Part shown: piece after piece, positions 27,242-41,336 of the stretch
How positions within the stretch are numbered: the first letter of the stretch is position 1
Layout of the letters: each line of letters begins with the position of its first letter
Assembly: GCA_051362555.1 (NCBI GenBank)
Contig: CM120648.1
Location: forward strand, 6,320,587-6,384,586
Reading direction: 5' to 3'
DNA length: 64,000 nucleotides
Origin: Lingula anatina
Taxonomy: Eukaryota; Animalia; Brachiopoda
The notes under the pieces: model-generated
What the model saw: the letters and a program-made list of their open reading frames with translations, nothing else
What the model was told of the DNA's origin: nothing
Database searches by the model: none
Translations under genes and position numbers: made by a program

Positions 27242-28744
27242 CTTGGACTTGATGTGCACCCTTTGCTTTTTTTGCAAAACAGAGTTGTACAGTACTTCAT
27301 GACTGTTTGTCAACAAAACAATCTAAATCTTTTTATTGATTGAGATATATTCACCATTTCAAAGTATGTACAAGATTAAAAAACACAATGTTGATCATAA
27401 AAAGCTACAATATTAGTTTTTTTCTTCTCTAAATTCATGTAGATGATATCGCAACTGGTGGCCCAACCTTGGAAATGTCCAGCTAATAGCTGGTGGCCCA
27501 CCGGTGACAAGCCACTGGTAAGTCACCGGTTGTTTTTACTGGTTTTAATTAATTAATTAATTAGTACCACCAGCGTGTACGCTGGCGGTACTCATGGTTT
27601 TAGTCCCGACCCGTCTCGTCCTGGCTCCGCCGGCTCGGCGTTCTGGCGCCGGATACAAGTTACCGTTACCGCTTCTCCCAGACCACAAGGACCTCTGTCC
27701 CCATCTCTTACATTTAGGTCACATATAACCTCAACTTGAACCCCCTGTTTTTTGTTTGTCTCAGTCGATGCATTGGCCTGGGTGTGACACTCGCTGAAAC
27801 GCACCCTTGTCAAAATTTCAATGCTGAATATCTCCCAAACCGAAGGAATTATGGGAAAAATTACCGTAGAAGCTTGACCAAAAGTCATATGTGGAGATTT
27901 CAAATATGCCCTTGGATTTGACCTTTGACCATTATTTGAAGTTGAAACGGGCCAAATATTTCAAAAAAAAATTTTTTACGAAAAAAGATATTTGCCCTGA
28001 TATTAAAAAACAACTCAGACCTAACCAATAATATTATTGACAAGTGTTACCCTTCAGGTCATCTTGCATCTCCGTGAGTTTAGGGTCAACCGGTGCATTT
28101 TCATGGGAGCAGCGGCCATTAGATGCCTAAACCGAAAATTCTGGAACCATTAATGCTAGAGACCTCTTGTTTTTTTTTCTTTTTTTTTTTTTGCATTTGA
28201 TAGAGCATGTCAAGCCCAACACTGGTCTTTTTTGTTTTCCATACGGTTTACGATCTATGTTGTATCAAAAAGTACATTGTAGTGGAGAAAGTAAAATGTG
28301 CAATACGATGATATGCATAAAATTTTGAACGTCTGGAAAAGATAACATAAGGCTTATTGAGGCAGGCAACTTCTGGTCAAAAATGTCATTATTTCATAAA
28401 ATTTGTACATCTGGAACTTTAAAGCACCTCCTATTTCTTTATTTCAGTTAATTTCTACTGTAGAAATTTATGGCACATTCTTGTAACACCAAAATTGTAA
28501 CATGTAATCCCTTATATCTCCAAAACTGACATGTCAATTTAACTGTGACCTTGGATTTGACATTTGACATACTTTTCCCCATGAACTGAACTTTGCAACA
28601 TTTAAGTCCCTTATATCTCCAAATCTGACAAAGAAACAGCCATAGTTACTATTGAACTTGAATAGGAAGTTATATACTGGCAATCTTAATGTGACCTTTA
28701 AATTGACCTTTGACCTGCTTTTCACTAAGAACTGAACTTTGCAG

Positions 28745-31084
28745 AAAAAACTGAAAAAGAAAACATATCCGCGGTTTTACTACTACCTGACATGGAAAAA
28801 GCTTTCGATTCTTTGGAATGGGTTTTCATTGAAAAAACACTTCACTTTTATAATTTTGGGGAAAAAATAGTAAGATGGTTTAGAACACTTTATAAGTATA
28901 TTTCAAGTTCAATTCAAAATAACGGACATTTGTCCAATTTCTTTGATATCAAAAGAGGAGTAAGACAATGGGACCCTCTGTCCCCATATCTATTTATCTT
29001 ATCATTGGAATTACTCAGTTCGGCACTAAAGCATGAGCAAGAAATAAAAGGAATTACTATCGAGGGAAATGAATATCTACTAAGTCAGTACGCAGACGAC
29101 ACTACGGTTATATTAAGTGATGACAGAGTTTCGCTGGAAAAAACTATGGAGATCATAACCTTATTTGCAGAATGTTCTGGACTACGCACCAATTTTAATA
29201 AAACTGAGGCAGTTTGGATTGGATCAAAAAGGGGGAAAGGGAAACAATAAAGACCAAACAAAAATGGAATCTTGAAGGAAAACTCAAGCTCCTAGGTATA
29301 AAATATGAATTGTCCAAAGAAGACATATATATCATGAAAACTTCTCTGAAAAACTTCATAAATACAAAAAAGTACTCGATAATTGGTCCTTTAGAACTTT
29401 ATCTTTGATAGGTAAAATAGCAGTAGTACGAACGATTGCTATGCCACTGCTAATACAAATGCTCACAGTTTTACCAAATCCCGAGGAAATCTTCTTCAAG
29501 GAATTAAAAAAAAATAACTTTTGCTTTTATTTGGGGAAGCGCAATTGATAGAGTAAAAAGATCAACCATGAAAAGAAATTACGAAGAGGGGGGACTGCGC
29601 GCTCCTGATTTAGGCTTTTGGCAAAATCCCTAAAAATTACGTGGGTAAAAAAAGGATCTAAATGATAATCATAGCATAGCAGTACTTTTGAAGAAAAACC
29701 TAGAAAAAATTGGGGGACGTAATTTTTGGTATCTCACGAAAAATGGCCTTTCACAAACAAAATTTATTTTCAATCCATTTTGGAAAAACGTTATTTCTGC
29801 ATGGGCAGAATTACAAGATAGCCCCGCAGAGTCGACAAGCGACATTTTATTACAACCTATTTGGTATAACGAAAACGTGAGAATTAATGATTTCCCCTAT
29901 TTTTGGAAAAGGTGGTGTAATAAAGGTGTCTTTTTTATATGCGATTTGATTAAATGCCTTAGGCGAGTTTTACACTATAGATGAGACCAATGCAAAATAT
30001 CAATCTAACTTTAACTTTCTCGAACACTTAAGTATAAGAAACTCCGTACCACAAAAATGGAAAAAACTAATTAAGGCATATGGTCATAACATAACAGAAG
30101 CTAGAAACGAAAACATTTCACTGATTCAGATTAATGAAAAAGTATCACAGGTATTTTATAAATTGTTCCTTAAAAAGATATCAGAATCGCTGGGAGTCCA
30201 CTCTGCATTACCATAGCGACGAATATATATGGGGGGCGATTTTTGGGGCACCGTTTGAACAAACCGACGATACTCGACTACAAGCCCTCCAGTTTAAAAT
30301 TAACCACATGATTTTTTGTACAAATTCTTTTCTATACAAAAGCAAACGAAGGGAGTCAGCAGAGTTTACCTTTTGTCATTTGTCAAAAGAAACACTGAAA
30401 CACTTATTTTGGGACTGTGTCCATGTGCAAAATATTTGGACATGTTTGATCAGAAGTTTGAAAAAACATTGCGAACTCACGATAGAAAGAAAACTAGAAT
30501 ATTTTGTACTGGGTACTCTGAATAAGCAATTGCCCGGTATATATCTTGTCATCCTTCGTATCAAAAAATATATTACTCTCTGTAGGACAAAATTGGAAAT
30601 CCCAAACTGGAAAAGCACAAAAACATTTATAAAATCATATATAGATATAGACATGTATTCCAATTATTTACGGACTGAGAAAAAAAGATTAGAAATCACA
30701 GAGAAATGGGAGAACGTGAAGCTAATTTTCGAAAATTAAAACGTGTGGGGTTTCCCATTCTGTCCATTAAAAAATGTAATTTATATTAAGTTTACACTTT
30801 GTTTCTGTTTTCTTCACACTAGTATCTTTATATATCCATATATTTATTTTATTACGGCTCAAAAAAGCCTTGTATCTTAGACGTATTAGCCTATTGTCTA
30901 CCTTTCTGTAAATAGTGGTTGTAAAAAGTGATAGTATACTGCATTTTTATTTTTTATACCTTGATAGAAATGGCAAAGTCACAATGATAATACTAACGTT
31001 GCTCTAAATGTGAGAGGCATGTGTGCGTGTATGGGATTGTTAGTTAATTATCCTAGTTATTTTTGGTATATTCTGGAAAAAAAA
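28745..31084 (+). mobile_element. 5'-truncated L1/Tx1-clade LINE, frameshifted, inserted in a satellite monomer
   Basis: DMEKAFDS, GVRQxDPLSPYLF, SQYADDT, GGL, PIWYN, and C-terminal FC..ETLKHLFWDC zinc-knuckle region. Short A tail at 31077-31084. Host satellite resumes with imperfect AACTTT(TT)GCA duplication. Confidence 0.92.
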
Positions 31085-31938
31085 CTTTTGCAACTTTTTC
31101 AGTGCTTATACTTTCAAAACTGGCAAAGATACGCCCATAATTACTATTAAATTTGAATAGGAAGTCATATATTGGCAATCCGACTGTGACTTTATAATCG
31201 ACCTCTGACCTACTTTTCACCATTAACTGCACTTTGCAAGGTTTCCTTTATATCTCCAAATTTGGTAGGGATACACCCATAGTTACTATTAAACTTGTAT
31301 GGGAAGTCATATACTGGCAATCTAAGTGTGACCTTTAAATTAACCTTTGACCTATATTCACCATGTACTGAACTTTGCAAATTTTCCTTCCCTTTTATCT
31401 CCAAAACTGGCAGAGATAGGTCCATAGTTACTATTGAAGTTGAATAAGAAGTCATACACTGGCTTTCTAACTGTGACCTTGAAATTGACCTTTGACCTGC
31501 CTTTTATGATGAACTGCGGTTTGCACGTTTTCTGGCCTTTAAATCCTCAAAATTGGCAAAGAAATGCTACTGAACTTGAATAGGAAGTCACACACTGTGA
31601 CATTGAAATTGATCTTTGACCTACTTTTTCGCCATGTACTGAACTTTGCATATTTTCTTGCCCCTCATCTTCAAAACTAGGAGAGATATGTCCAGTGTTG
31701 CTCCTAGGTTTTCTCTTTTGTCAGCTTACTGTATATGCAGTACTGACAACACATTTCAAGGAAAACCAATAGGCCTATTGTCTAGAAAATCACAGGAGTG
31801 ATCAATGTTAGGAAAATACAGGTCAGTTCGAAAATCTGCTTCATTGTACCATTTTTAGTTATATTTTTGTTTTGTGTTTTTTTGAGAACTCTTGTTCATT
31901 GCATTTTATAGAGCTTGTCAGGCACAAGACTGGTGGTG

Positions 31939-32387
31939 CATTCGGAACTCCTTGACAATTTCCGGCTATCTTCCGAATGCCTTGAAACTAGTCTTGGATG
32001 TATGACAGTGAAAAATGTCGCCTACGCACAACATATGTGATCAGGTCAAGAACCCGGATGGACGGCACCGCATCACTAATGTATACCGCAATCAAAACAA
32101 TATAGTTCCCCCAAAACATGTGGATCTAACAAATATGGCGTCACCTGATCACATATGTTGTGCGTAGGCGATTTTTTACTGTCATACATCCGAGACTAGT
32201 TTCAAGGCGTTCGGAAGATAGCCGGAAATTGTTGAGGAGTTCTGAATGTCCTGTCAGGGTGCCGCCATGTTTATTATTGTTTACATCCGGGTATCTAGAG
32301 TAGTTTGCACTACTTCCAAAATGGCGACGTCTGTCATACGGCTGAGATATGATGACACAGGAATCAATCGACGGTGAGCCGAGTGAA
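31939..32387. mobile_element. Insertion with internal palindrome (about 110-bp arms) and 8-bp TSD TGGTGGTG
   Basis: 31939-32047 is the reverse complement of 32142-32248. TGGTGGTG at 31931 and 32388; removing the insert restores the family A sequence. Confidence 0.7.
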
Positions 32388-33067
32388 TGGTGGTGGTGTC
32401 CCTTTTTTTGTGTGTGTGTGTGGGGGGGGTCCACATGAATGCTCTTGCTCCAGCTGGTGGTACAATATCTGGAGGCAGTATCACCTCTCTAAACCTCTAG
32501 TTTCATTTAATTAGGGTAATATTATTTATCTTTAATCTCCTTGTGCATTAAGAAACAACTCACAGATAGGTTTATCACTTTTATTTCACAAAAATAATAA
32601 CACAAGACAACAAAGCTTCGAAAATGTACAGACAAAGATCAGAAAATAATGAACAAAATAGGATACGTTCAATTTTGATGCAATAATGCACTATGCTTAA
32701 AGCAATAATAACTCTTCGTTTCGGCCAAAAAATGAATTTTCTTGGAGTAAACAACAATTTTCCCATACTTACCAATGGTTAATGAATCCATTTTTACATT
32801 CAAAGTTAGTCCCTGGTTTTTTTACTAAAAAGTTTGGTTTTTTGTTAAAATCTCTTGAGAGATTTTAACAGAGTATAGACATCAGTGGAGGTCACGTGGT
32901 CTAAAGACAAGTTCAAATATCAGAATAAAAGCTATAACTGCTGTTTTTGTGGTAAAACAGAATATATTATATTTCTATGAGTTATTCACAAGGTTTTTAT
33001 TGTGAAATATAGGTCTCATACAAAGAGTTATTATCCCTTTAACTGCAAAGTCAACATTAAATTTTAA

Positions 33068-34678
33068 CTAGAGGATCAGAGAGGCGATACCGCCTCCAAA
33101 TATTGTACCACCAGCTGGAGCAAGCGCATTCGTATAGACCCCCACATACACAAAATAAGGGACACAGTCACCAGTCTTGTGCTTGACAAGCTGTAAACAT
33201 GCAGACAACAAGAATTTTCAATATATGCAAAAAATATATGAAACTAAAAATGTACAATCAAATTTAAGTTCATCGTAAGATAGGTGAAAGGTCATTTTCA
33301 AGGTCACAGTAAATTGCCAGTATATGACTTCCTATTCAAGTTCAATAGTAACTATGGACCTATCTCTGCCAGGTTTGGAGTTAAAAGAGAAAGAAATTAG
33401 CAGAGTTCAGTTCATGATAATAAGTAGATCAAAGGTCAATTTCAAGGTCACACTTAGATTGCCAGTATATGACTTCCTATTCAAGTTCAATAGTAACTAT
33501 GGACCTATCTCTGCCAGTTTTGGAGATAAAAAGGAAGCAAAATTTGCAAAGTTCAGTTCATGGTGAAAAATAGGTCAAATGTCAATTTCAAGGTCACAGT
33601 AAGATTGCCAGTATATGACTTTCTATTCAAGTTCAATAGTATCTATGGACCTATCTCTGCCAGTTTTGCAGATAAAAGGGACTAAATGTTATAATTTTGG
33701 AGTTACCATAATGTGCCATAAATTTCCTACAGAAAAGATTAATTAAAATAAAGAAAACATCATTTTGGTCAAAATTCTTAAAATAGGAGGTGCTCTGAAT
33801 TTCCAGAAGTTCAAATTTGATGAAATAATGTCATTTTTGACCACAAGTTGTCTGCTTTGCCAAGCCTTATGTATTATTTTTCCAGAGTTCAAAATTTATT
33901 ATCCATTACCGTACTGCACATTTTGCTTTCACCACCAATATGTACTTTTTGATACAGCGTAACTTGAAAACCGTATGGAATACAAAAAAACGGAGACCAT
34001 ATATCGTGTTGGGCTTTACATGCTCTACAAAATGCAAAAAAGAATGGGTCTCTAGCATTAACGGTTCCCGAATTAGAGACAGTTTTCAGTTTCGGTACTT
34101 TATGGCTGCTACTCCCGTGAAAATGCACCGATTGACCCCAAATTCACGGAGATGAAAGATGACCCGAAGGGTTACTCTTTCCAATAATATTATTGGTTAA
34201 GTCTGTGTGGTATCTGAATAACAGGGCAAAAAAAATTTTTTTCGTAAAAAAATTCATTTTTTTGAAAATTTTGGCCCGTTTGACCTTGAAATAAAGGTCA
34301 AAGGTCAAATCCAAGGGCATATTTGAAATCTACACATATGACTTTTGGAAAGCTGTCTGTAGAAATTTTTCCCATAACTCCTTCCGTAGGGTAGATAATT
34401 AGCATTTAATTTTGCCATTTTTAGACAAGGGTGCATTGCAATGAGTGCCACACCTAGACCCCAATACCGACAAAGCCCAAATTTTACGTGGAACGAGTTG
34501 AGATTATAGGTGACCTAAATCCAAGAGATGGGTACAGGGGCCCTTACCGTCTAGGAGGAGAAGCGGTAACGGTGACTTGGCGGCGGAGCCGCAGGAGCCG
34601 CAGGAGCCGGCGGAGCCGGCGGAACATACGGGTCGGGACTTAAACCATGGGTACCGCCAGCGCCTACGCTGGTGGTAC
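33068..34678 (-). mobile_element. Helentron-type element family A (about 3 satellite monomers)
   Basis: Starts on + with CTAGAGGATCAGAGAGGCGATACCGCCTCC and ends GTACCGCCAGCGCCTACGCTGGTGGTAC. Inserted between AA/TT with no TSD; an empty-site-like sequence is at 63130. Confidence 0.85.
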
Positions 34679-34830
34679 AATTATGCAAAAATTGTTAACT
34701 AACATAAGGCTTCAGGCCCATGGAAGTTCAAGTTCATACATTCAAGAAAAAATAATAACCCCAAGATGGTTTTCCCCTTTGGCCTGTATGTCAATCCTAT
34801 GAACCATCCTTTTAAGTTACAAAATGATAA

Positions 34831-37800
34831 CTAGAGGATCAGAGAGGCGATACCGCCTCCGAATATTGTACCACCAGCTGGAGCAAGCGCATTTGTATAT
34901 ACCTCCACATACACAAAATAAGGGACACAGCCACCAGTCTTGTGCTTGACAAGCTGTAAACATGCAATCAACAAGAATTTTCAAAATCTGTAAAATATAT
35001 ATATAAATAAAAATGGTACAATCAAATTTAAGTTCATTGTAAGGTAGGTGAAAGGTCATTTTCAAGGTCACAGTAAATTTGCCAGTATATGACTTCCTAT
35101 TCAAGTTATATAGTAACTATGGACCTATCTCTGCCAGGTTTGGAGTTAAAAGAGAAAGAAATTAGCAGAGTTCAGTTCATGATAATAAGTAGATCAAAGG
35201 TCAATTTCAAGGTCACACTTAGATTGCCAGTATATGACTTCCTATTCAATAACAATAGTAACTATGGACCCATCTCGCTAGTTTTGGAGATAAAAGGGAA
35301 CCAAAATTTGCAAAGTTCAATTCATGATAAAAAGTGGGTCAAAGGTCATTTTCAATTTCACACTTAGATTGCCAGTATATGACTTCCTATTCAAGTTCAA
35401 TAGTATCTATGGACCTATCTCTGCCAGTTTTAGAGATAAAAGGGAAGCAAAATTTGCAAAGTTCAGTTCATGATGAAAAGTAGGTCAAAGGTCATTTTCA
35501 AGGTCACATTAAGATTGCCAGTATTTGACTTTCTATTCAAGTTCAACAGTAACTATGGACCTATCTCTGCCAGTTTTAGAGATAAAAGGAAAGCAAAATT
35601 TGCAAAGTTCAGTTCATGGTGAAAAGTAGGTCAAAGGTTAATTTCAAGGTCTTATTTACATTGCCAGTATATGACTTCCTATTCAAGTTCAACAGTAACT
35701 ATGGACCTATCTCTGCCAGTTTTGCAGATAAAAGGGAAGCAAGATTTGCAAAGTTCAGTTCATGGTGAAAAGTAGGTCAAAGGTCAATTTCAAGGTCACA
35801 TTAAGATTGCCAGTATATGACTTCCTATTCAAGTTCAATAGTAACTATGGACCTATCTCTGCCAGTTTTAGAGATAAAAGGGAAGCAAAATTTGCAAAGT
35901 TCAGTTCATGGTGAAAAGTAGGTCAAAGGTCATTTTCAAGGTCACATTAAGATTGCCAGTATTTGACTTTCTATTCAAGTTCAACAGTAACTATGGACCT
36001 ATCTCTGCCAGTTTTAGAGATAAAAGGGAAGCAAAATTTGCAAAGTTCAGTTCATGGTGAAAAGTAGGTTAAAGGTCAATTTTAAGGTCACATTTAGATT
36101 GCCAGTATATGACTTCCCATTCAACTTCAATAGTAACTATGGACCTATCTCTGCCAGTTTTGGAGATAAAAGGGAAGCAAAATTTGCAAAGTTCAGTTCA
36201 TGGTGAAAAGTAGGTCAAAGGTCAATTTTAAGGTCACATTTAGATTGCCAGTATGTGACTTCCCATTCAAGTTCAATAGAAACTATGGACCTATCTCTGC
36301 CAGTTTTGGAGATAAAAGGGAAGCAAAATTTGCAAAGTTCAGTTCATGGTGAAAAGTAGGTCAAAGGTCAATTTTAAGGTCACATTTAGATTGCCAGTAT
36401 ATGACTTCCCATTCAACTTCAATAGTAACTATGGACCTATCTCTGCCAGTTTTGCAGATAAGAGGGAAGCAAAATTTGCAAAGTTCAGTTCATGGTGAAA
36501 AGTAGGTCAAAGGTTAATTTCAAGGTCTTATTTACATTGCCAGTATGTGACTTCCCATTCAAGTTCAATAGAAACTATGGACCTATCTCTGCCAGTTTTG
36601 GAGATAAAAGGGAAGCAAAATTTGCAAAGTTCAGTTCATGGTGAAAAGTAGGTCAAAGGTCAATTTTAAGGTCACATTTAGATTGCCAGTATGTGACTTC
36701 CTATTCGAGTTCAACAGTAACTATGGACCTATCTCTGCCAGTTTTGGAGATAAAAGGGAAGCAAAATTTGCAAAGTTCAGTTCATGGTGAAAAGTAGGTC
36801 AAAGGTCAATTTTAAGGTCACAGTAAGATTGCCACTATATGACTTCCTATTCAAGTTTAATAGTAACTATGGACCTATCTCTGCCAGTTTTGGAGATATA
36901 AGGGACTAAATGTTATAATTTTGGAGTTACCATAATCATTTTGGTCAAAATTCTTAAAATAGGAGGTGCTCTGAAGTTCCAGAAGTTCAAATTTGATGAA
37001 ATAAAGTCATTTTTGACCACAAGTTGGCTGCTTTGCCAAGCCTTATGTTTTATTTTTCCAGAGTTCAAAATTTATTATCCATTACCGTACTGCACATTTT
37101 GCTCTCACCACCAATATGTACTTTTTGATACAGCATTACTTGAAAACCGTATGGAATACAAAAAAAGGAGACCAACTTCAGTGTTGGGCTTTTCATGCTC
37201 TATAAAATGCAAAAAAGAATGGGTCTCTAGCATTAATGGTTCCCGAATTAGAGACAGTTTTCAGTTTCGGTACTTTATGGTCGCTTCTCCCGTGAAAATG
37301 CACTGATTGACCCCAAATTCACGGAGATGAAAGATGACCCGAAGGGTGACACTTTCCAATAATATTATTGGTGAAGTCTGTGTGGTGTCTGAATAACAGG
37401 GCAAAAAAATTTTTTTTCGTAAAAAAATTCATTTTTTTGAAAATTTTGGCCCGTTTGACCTTGAAATAAAGGTCAAAGGTCAACTCCAAGGGCATATTTG
37501 AAATCTACACATATGACTTTTGGAAAGCCGTCTGTAGAAATTTTTCCCATAACTCCTTCCGTAGGGTAGATAATTAGCATTTAATTTTGCCATTTTTAGA
37601 CAAGGGTGCATTGCAATGAGTGCCACACCTAGACCCCAATACCGACAAAGCCCAAATTTTACGTGGAACGAGTTGAGATTATAGGTGACCTAAATCCAAG
37701 AGATGGGTACAGAGGCCCTTACCATCTAGGAGGAGAAGCGGTAACGGTGACTTGGCAGCGGAGCCGGCGGAGCTGCAGGAGCCGGCGGAACATACGGGTC

Positions 37801-37844
37801 GGGACTAAAACCATGGGTACCGCCAGCGCCTACGCTGGTGGTAC
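34831..37844 (-). mobile_element. Helentron-type element family A with 13-monomer array
   Basis: Same termini. Unique parts nearly identical to the 33068 copy; only the array length differs greatly. Confidence 0.88.
35040..36900. repeat. 146-bp satellite array (13 monomers)
   Basis: GGACCTATCT recurs at 35411, 35557, 35703, 35849 ... 36871 (period 146). Confidence 0.95.
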
Positions 37845-38787
37845 AATAAACACAGTTTCCTTTCATAACATTTGTAGTGGTAGTACACACAGTAGCTTTT
37901 GACTATTCTGATGCAATCTTACATAATGATTAAAAGCATAATCAACACAATTAAATTTCAATTACCTACTATAGATAAAACTGATGGTACAATAATTCTA
38001 TTAGTTATCCAACTAGTAAAACATAAAGGTAAATAGATACAAAATAGATACATCTTAACAATCACTGTTCCTTATCCATAAACTCAGATTTTGTTGATAA
38101 AACTCACCACAAAGATCAGGATTTACAATATTATCTATGTAAATATTGCTACATAGTACACTTAAACCTTTTCCTAACTGCCTATACAAATAATTTGGGA
38201 TCACTCTCCAGTGACCATCTCCAGGAAAACTCAACTTAGCGACTCATTTAATGGCAAATGCTGTTTGTAAGTCATGTGCAATGATCATTTTTAAGCCACT
38301 ATTTGAATATTCTTGGAGAAGAAGGTTTCCTTTGACCTTATCTGGGCATTTTTTTAGATCAGCCTCTTTATATTTTCCCTTTACTCACAAAATTTAAACA
38401 TAAATACAATTTAAACATAAATACCATTAAAAATATTTTCTGGTAAAACAAATTCTTGCATTAAGTATGAAAATTGTGACAACTATATGTAGTGGCTAAG
38501 CAAGAATAACCTTGCCAATAACAGATGTGTTTCTTGAAGACCAATTTCACATTTTTTTTCACATTTTTTAAAAATTTACTCTCATAGTTTTCTGGATCAT
38601 TTACAACTTAAACTGCAGTACTAAGAGTTACACCTAATTTCTTTATAAAATTTTGAAGTTTGTCATTACTGTTTTTCCTAGCCATAAACCTTCAGTCCTT
38701 TTAACATTCACCTTCAAACTACAGGTAATTTTACTAAACATCCATCACCTGTCCAAAAGAATTTACATCTCCCAGAAAGACAGTTAA

Positions 38788-39930
38788 GGTTGTAATTAAC
38801 AGGGGTAGCTATCTTCTAAACCGACCAAGATATACCAACATGTTACATATCAATAGAAAGCTTATTTCAACTGCTTTTAATTTCATATCCTTATTTTATT
38901 ATGTAATTGTTACGTAATGAGATATAATGCTTAATATGTGTTCTCAACATGATCACACTACAAATGGACATGTGTAGATAACTTAACACGTGAGCCCTCT
39001 TTGGGATCAACAAGAATACGCCTCAAATAAGCAATGTCTGTTGAATTACCAAAGATATCAAAATAAATCAGTTTTCCAGTTCAATGAGACCCCCTAGCCT
39101 AACTAAAGCATGTGTAAGTTGAAAACGGAGCTGATGTTATGAAATCCCAGACACACATTTTCAGACAAACCTTAGATCTAACAAATGAATGTCAGTTTTC
39201 ATCTGTTGAGAGTTCTAATTAATTTTGACACTGGTCTAAATGGTTCTCTTGAAGCCATTAATTAAAGCAGAGAAAGCAGCCTTTTAGTGCTCCCCGGAGA
39301 TTCCAACGTTATATAATCAGTGAGTTGCATTGGCAAGCTGAGAAATTGAGTTATTTATACTGGTTCAGCCCTCTACTCACTGCCTATGTAACTGTCACTA
39401 TGTATTTCATCCATTTTTAACATTATTATTGAACATTTTCAACCAGAGGCCCCCTCCATGCATTGACAGCAGCCACCATGTTAGTCACGTCAGCCTTCTT
39501 CACCACGTGACACCTAGGGGGAGTGGCTTTGCCCATATACGTCTCGTCTATATATGTCTGCATTTAGAGCTTTAGTAGATCGTTGGAATTAAGTTCACTG
39601 ATAAATTCAAAATGAAATGTATTGTTTGGCAAATGAAAGAGGGATGTTACTCACAGAATGTGGAAGGCTTAGCAGCAATCCAGTACAGGAAATATACAGC
39701 TGCACAGTGGAGCTGCCAATCAAACCCATATATGGACAAGTGTGACCTACTTTAAAACTCAGACATGCTACCACAGGGGTAAATCAGCAATTAGGCTAAA
39801 ATTACGGGTAAATTTGTGAACTTCCATTCTTTAAAGATACGCTGATGTATAGTTGATATTTCATCTATCTATAATACTGACAAATTCAGAAAAACACCCA
39901 TATTTTGGTCATTTGCTGTTAATTACATCC
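38788..39930. mobile_element. Non-autonomous DNA transposon with TTAA target duplication (Kolobok-like)
   Basis: TTAA|GGTTGTAATTAACAG ... CTGTTAATTACATCC|TTAA (14/15 TIR match, GG termini). Confidence 0.7.
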
Positions 39931-41228
39931 TTAAATCATCAGCATACTGAAAAGTTTTGATTCCTCTCCCGTTGCATGTACCAGGAATATGAAAACCATG
40001 GATATTTTTTGACTGGAAGATCTTACGAGAGAGAAGTTCACAAGAAATGATATATTACAAAAGGACAACCTGTTCTAATTCCACAATCGAGCTTGACATC
40101 CCCACTAATCCATCCATTGTGGAGATTATGATTGTGAGAATGTTCATTTATGACTTGTACCCAGTACCAATTTATAAATGATTAAAACCATTGATTTACC
40201 AAAACCAAACAGTTTCAAAGCTTCCAGTATTAGTTCTTTAGAGATACTATCATATGCCTTTTCATAATCCATTGCTAAGAAAATACCTTTCATACTTTTT
40301 GCTTTTATAAATTCATGATATCATCTGTTGCACTTAAAATCTGAGCAGCTCCATGATTTTTGACATATCCACATTGATCTTTGCTGATAATGGTAGGCAA
40401 CACTGTCACTAACCTATTAGCTATGTAACCTTAGCAACTACTTCATAATAAACATTTGTACATTGTACTGTAAGTGATAGAGGATGCCAGTTTTTAAAAA
40501 CTTATTTCTAGGTCAATTCTTTTAAGTATCAGCAATCTACATCTTGACAATATCACAGCTGAAGAATGACACTTGTCCTGATTTTTTCATACCAATATAT
40601 ATTGGCAGCAATTTAACAAATGTGTAATGATGATAATCTTTAAAATCCTCCTGATGTTATTATTCCTCAGAATCTTATATAACAGTTGCAGGGTTAACAA
40701 AATGCTTGACAGAAGTGTCCTCTGAAACAAGACACAATATTTCCTTCCTGGCATGGGCCCCCTGGCATTTCTACTGTCCTTGTCTCCATCATGATTGATT
40801 GAAAGTAATCCGATTAACACACCTTTCGTTGTTATTAAAAAGATCTTGTTTGAAAATCCAAAAGATCATTATCACCTCTGACATGTTATATCCCCTTTTT
40901 TTTGGAGGGGGGAGGGGGGAGGGGGTATTCTACCAGTAAATGAACCTTTGAGTTGCATAAGTGATGCACAGGATCTGTGTATAATATTTGCAAAAATTTC
41001 TTCTGTCCCATTGATTTCTTTGCTTTATTCTGTTGTACCCTCCAATATGGAAAAACATCGAAAATAAAATTAAACAATTATGCAAATATAACATGATATT
41101 TGTGACAGTCTCACTGTCATTACTCAAAGGTTCAATTTTGTTTGGAATTACCCTTCCATTTTTTATGGTGTATATGTTTCAGTGTACAAAAGTTGCACAG
41201 CAAACACTCACTGAAGTCTTTGAAAAAA

Positions 41229-41336
41229 TTACATATTTGGGTAAAAGAACCATTTCTTCCTCAATGTGGAAACTGGAGACGGCATCTGTTTTTTGTTACA
41301 TGCTGATTCATAGGCTGTCGCCACTCTGTTATTAAC
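41229..41336 (-). CDS. Caspase terminal exon
   Basis: CTGTTTCCAG acceptor. Hand translation gives VNNRVATAYESACNKKQMPSPVSTLRKKWFFYPNM-stop, the classic KQMP...STLRK caspase C-terminus. Minus-strand AATAAA about 200 nt downstream (near 41024). Confidence 0.92.
   Translation of the reverse strand, partial: VNNRVATAYESACNKKQMPSPVSTLRKKWFFYPNM

Larger units (their letters stand above)
27562..32500 (+). mobile_element. Helentron-type non-autonomous element, family A, interrupted by a LINE and a second insertion
   Basis: 5' hairpin GTACCACCAGCGT-GT-ACGCTGGCGGTAC, 146-bp satellite, subterminal GCTGGTGGTAC, 3' hairpin and CTAG|TT end. Confidence 0.8.
32603..38000 (-). mobile_element. Degenerate family B host element carrying two family A insertions
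   Basis: Terminus-like CAAGACAACAAAGCTTCGAAAATGTACAGAC at 32603. Segments 33040-33067, 34679-34830 and 37845-37940 are colinear with 63108-63440. Right boundary uncertain. Confidence 0.6.

Noticed and set aside
35040-36900. CRISPR-like array
   Set aside because: Head-to-tail 146-bp monomers without unique spacers, no cas genes, eukaryotic context.
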